NCBI RefSeq assembly: GCF_009914755.1
Contig: NC_060927.1
Source: the human T2T-CHM13v2.0 reference genome, Homo sapiens
DNA: 64,000 nt
Reading direction: 5' to 3' (one strand)
A program made the translations under genes and the position numbers. Shown here one piece after another: positions 62,275 to 64,000 of this stretch (positions are counted from its first letter, which is position 1; each line of letters opens with the position of its first letter). The notes under the pieces were generated by a model that saw only the letters and a program-made list of their open reading frames with translations, was not told the DNA's origin and ran no database searches.

Positions 62275-63912
62275 TGTGGTTTCTGAGTTTAGAGGGAAAG
62301 GATTCGGTCTTGTAAAGTTGACTTTTTAAACTAGTGAGTTCCCACAGTGAATATAAGTAAACACTGGGTGGGGAAAGACAAGAGACTGTGTAGGATACCA
62401 GAGTTGTGGGTGTTCTCTCTAGAGAGCAAAGACAGATCTGGTCACAGCTGGGGAAGGAATGAATAGTCAGTTAAGAGTATGGAAAAAAGAGCTCCAAAGT
62501 GCTTGTTGTTGGTAATGTTTGTCCGCTCTTCAAGGAAGAAAGAAATGAATTTCTTGAAACTAAATACAATCTCTGAAAAACAGTGCTTTATGATGGGACA
62601 AGTTGGTACTTTTAGGCTTTCCATGGCTTAGATGTAACATTTCCTCCAAACTCTCTACCCTCTTTCATCGTGGTTTCTTACCAAACTACTTTCTGCTACA
62701 CCTTGTAGTATACTGTGGTACCAGTAGTAGGTTACCTTGAATAGAGGATGTCAGCACCTTGGATACTGGGAAAGAATGTTCTTCACTGAAAATTTAATTA
62801 CTTGGTAGGCTGGTTTACATACTGAGTTATTTCTTAGAATTGATTCTCAAGGAGTGTTATGGTGACCTTTATGGGTCAGATGAACTCTGTTTAAAATGCC
62901 TTCTTATGTGTCGTAACAAATAATGCTGTCTTTTAGATCTGTTAGAAAATAGCCATCTAGATTTCTCCTGATGATACTTCCTGCCTGCCTGCCTGCCTTC
63001 TTTCCTCCCTCCCTCCCAAAATTAAGATTACATGGGATAATGTGTGTGATATGCCTAGGAAAGTGTTTGAGATGAGAGCAGGCCTTCATCAGTTAGTTTC
63101 TTTCTATCAGCATTTGCCTCCTCTTTATAGTTTTTCTAGGTATAGCTTTAACTTGTCTTTCTTTGTTTCAAATATTTAATTAAAATATTGTTTTGCTTCC
63201 CTAGCCTGGGACAAATTTAGCATTTAATATTTACATAGCTGTAGGTGAAACGTGCTTTTTATCACTATGTTCTGTTGCAAGTAAATTTGTAGTGTATAGT
63301 GTGGCACAGGAAAATGGGAACTGGGAAAGTAAGGATTAAGTTTCAGGCAAATGGGGAAGAAAAGAGGTAAAAGAAAACAAGAAGTAAAAGAAGTGAATGA
63401 TTTTCTTCTCTACCTCGTCTTGTAAATAGCTTCAGATAATGAGCTTATTTGTTTGGTTTAAGGCTGGAGTGGCTTAGTAAGGATAGATATTTCTGTGAGT
63501 CAATCTGTAGTCAACATCCTACCCCAACTTGTTTTTATACCTATTTTTAAAAATCCTATCAGTGGACATCATCTTTCACTGCCTCTTTGGATTAAGCATG
63601 TCTCACAGAAAAATCCCATCATAGAGACTCCTTATCATCTAGTAACTCTTTATGCTAAAAAGAAAGGTAGGAAAGACTATCCAGAAGCAAATTACAGTTA
63701 ATTTGGTATATTTACTCTCTAGTAATATGTCAGATAAAAAGTCTTGGGCCATTTCTACAAACATCATTTCAGATGCCTTAAGGTAGTGTTTAACTGACAG
63801 TATTTTCTTTGGGGTATAGCCTAACTCCTTAGTTAATTTTCTGTCTTCCATTACTGTTCTCAAATCCATTATACACTCTGGCCTTTCCCCAGTTTCCTAG
63901 TATCCCTTAACG

Positions 63913-64000
63913 CAGGGGCCCCCAACCCCTGGGCCGCGGACTGGTACCAATCTGTGGCCTGTTAGGAACCGGGCCTCACTGTGGGAGGTGAGCAGTGAGC
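63913..64000 (+). mobile_element. MER1/Charlie3 5' end, running off the window
   Basis: CAGGGGCCCCCAACCCCTGGGCCGCGGACTGGTACC...GTTAGGAACCGGGCC. Confidence 0.93.

Noticed and set aside
62442-62624. 60-aa minus ORF in unique sequence
   Set aside because: No recognisable homology or splice context; length expected by chance

Overview
Primate (human-like) nuclear DNA made almost entirely of nested transposable elements. There is no intact protein-coding gene, CRISPR array or prokaryotic system. Contents: about 50 Alu/FLAM copies; many L1 layers (old L1M/MB/MC, a near full-length L1MA3-like copy, L1PB, and L1PA2 to PA16 fragments); MaLR solo LTRs (THE1C, THE1D, MSTA, MSTB); a MER57 ERV1 remnant with an intact tRNA-Leu primer-binding site; a near full-length Charlie3 hAT transposon with a decayed transposase plus two MER1 copies; MER2; L2/MIR/L3 relics; and a full-length PPIA processed pseudogene. 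Mostly antisense L1s and a T-rich + strand suggest an intron of a + strand gene that I cannot identify. I found no convincing new biological system. The most unusual items are an apparent pre-tRNA-Lys(UUU)/L1 chimeric retrocopy (46023-46390), a 5'-inverted L1PA3 lacking about 2.8 kb at the inversion point, an L1 splitting an Alu at its linker, and a PPIA retrocopy with ancestral-looking features. Subfamily names come from remembered consensus sequences, not a database search, and boundaries of old elements are approximate.
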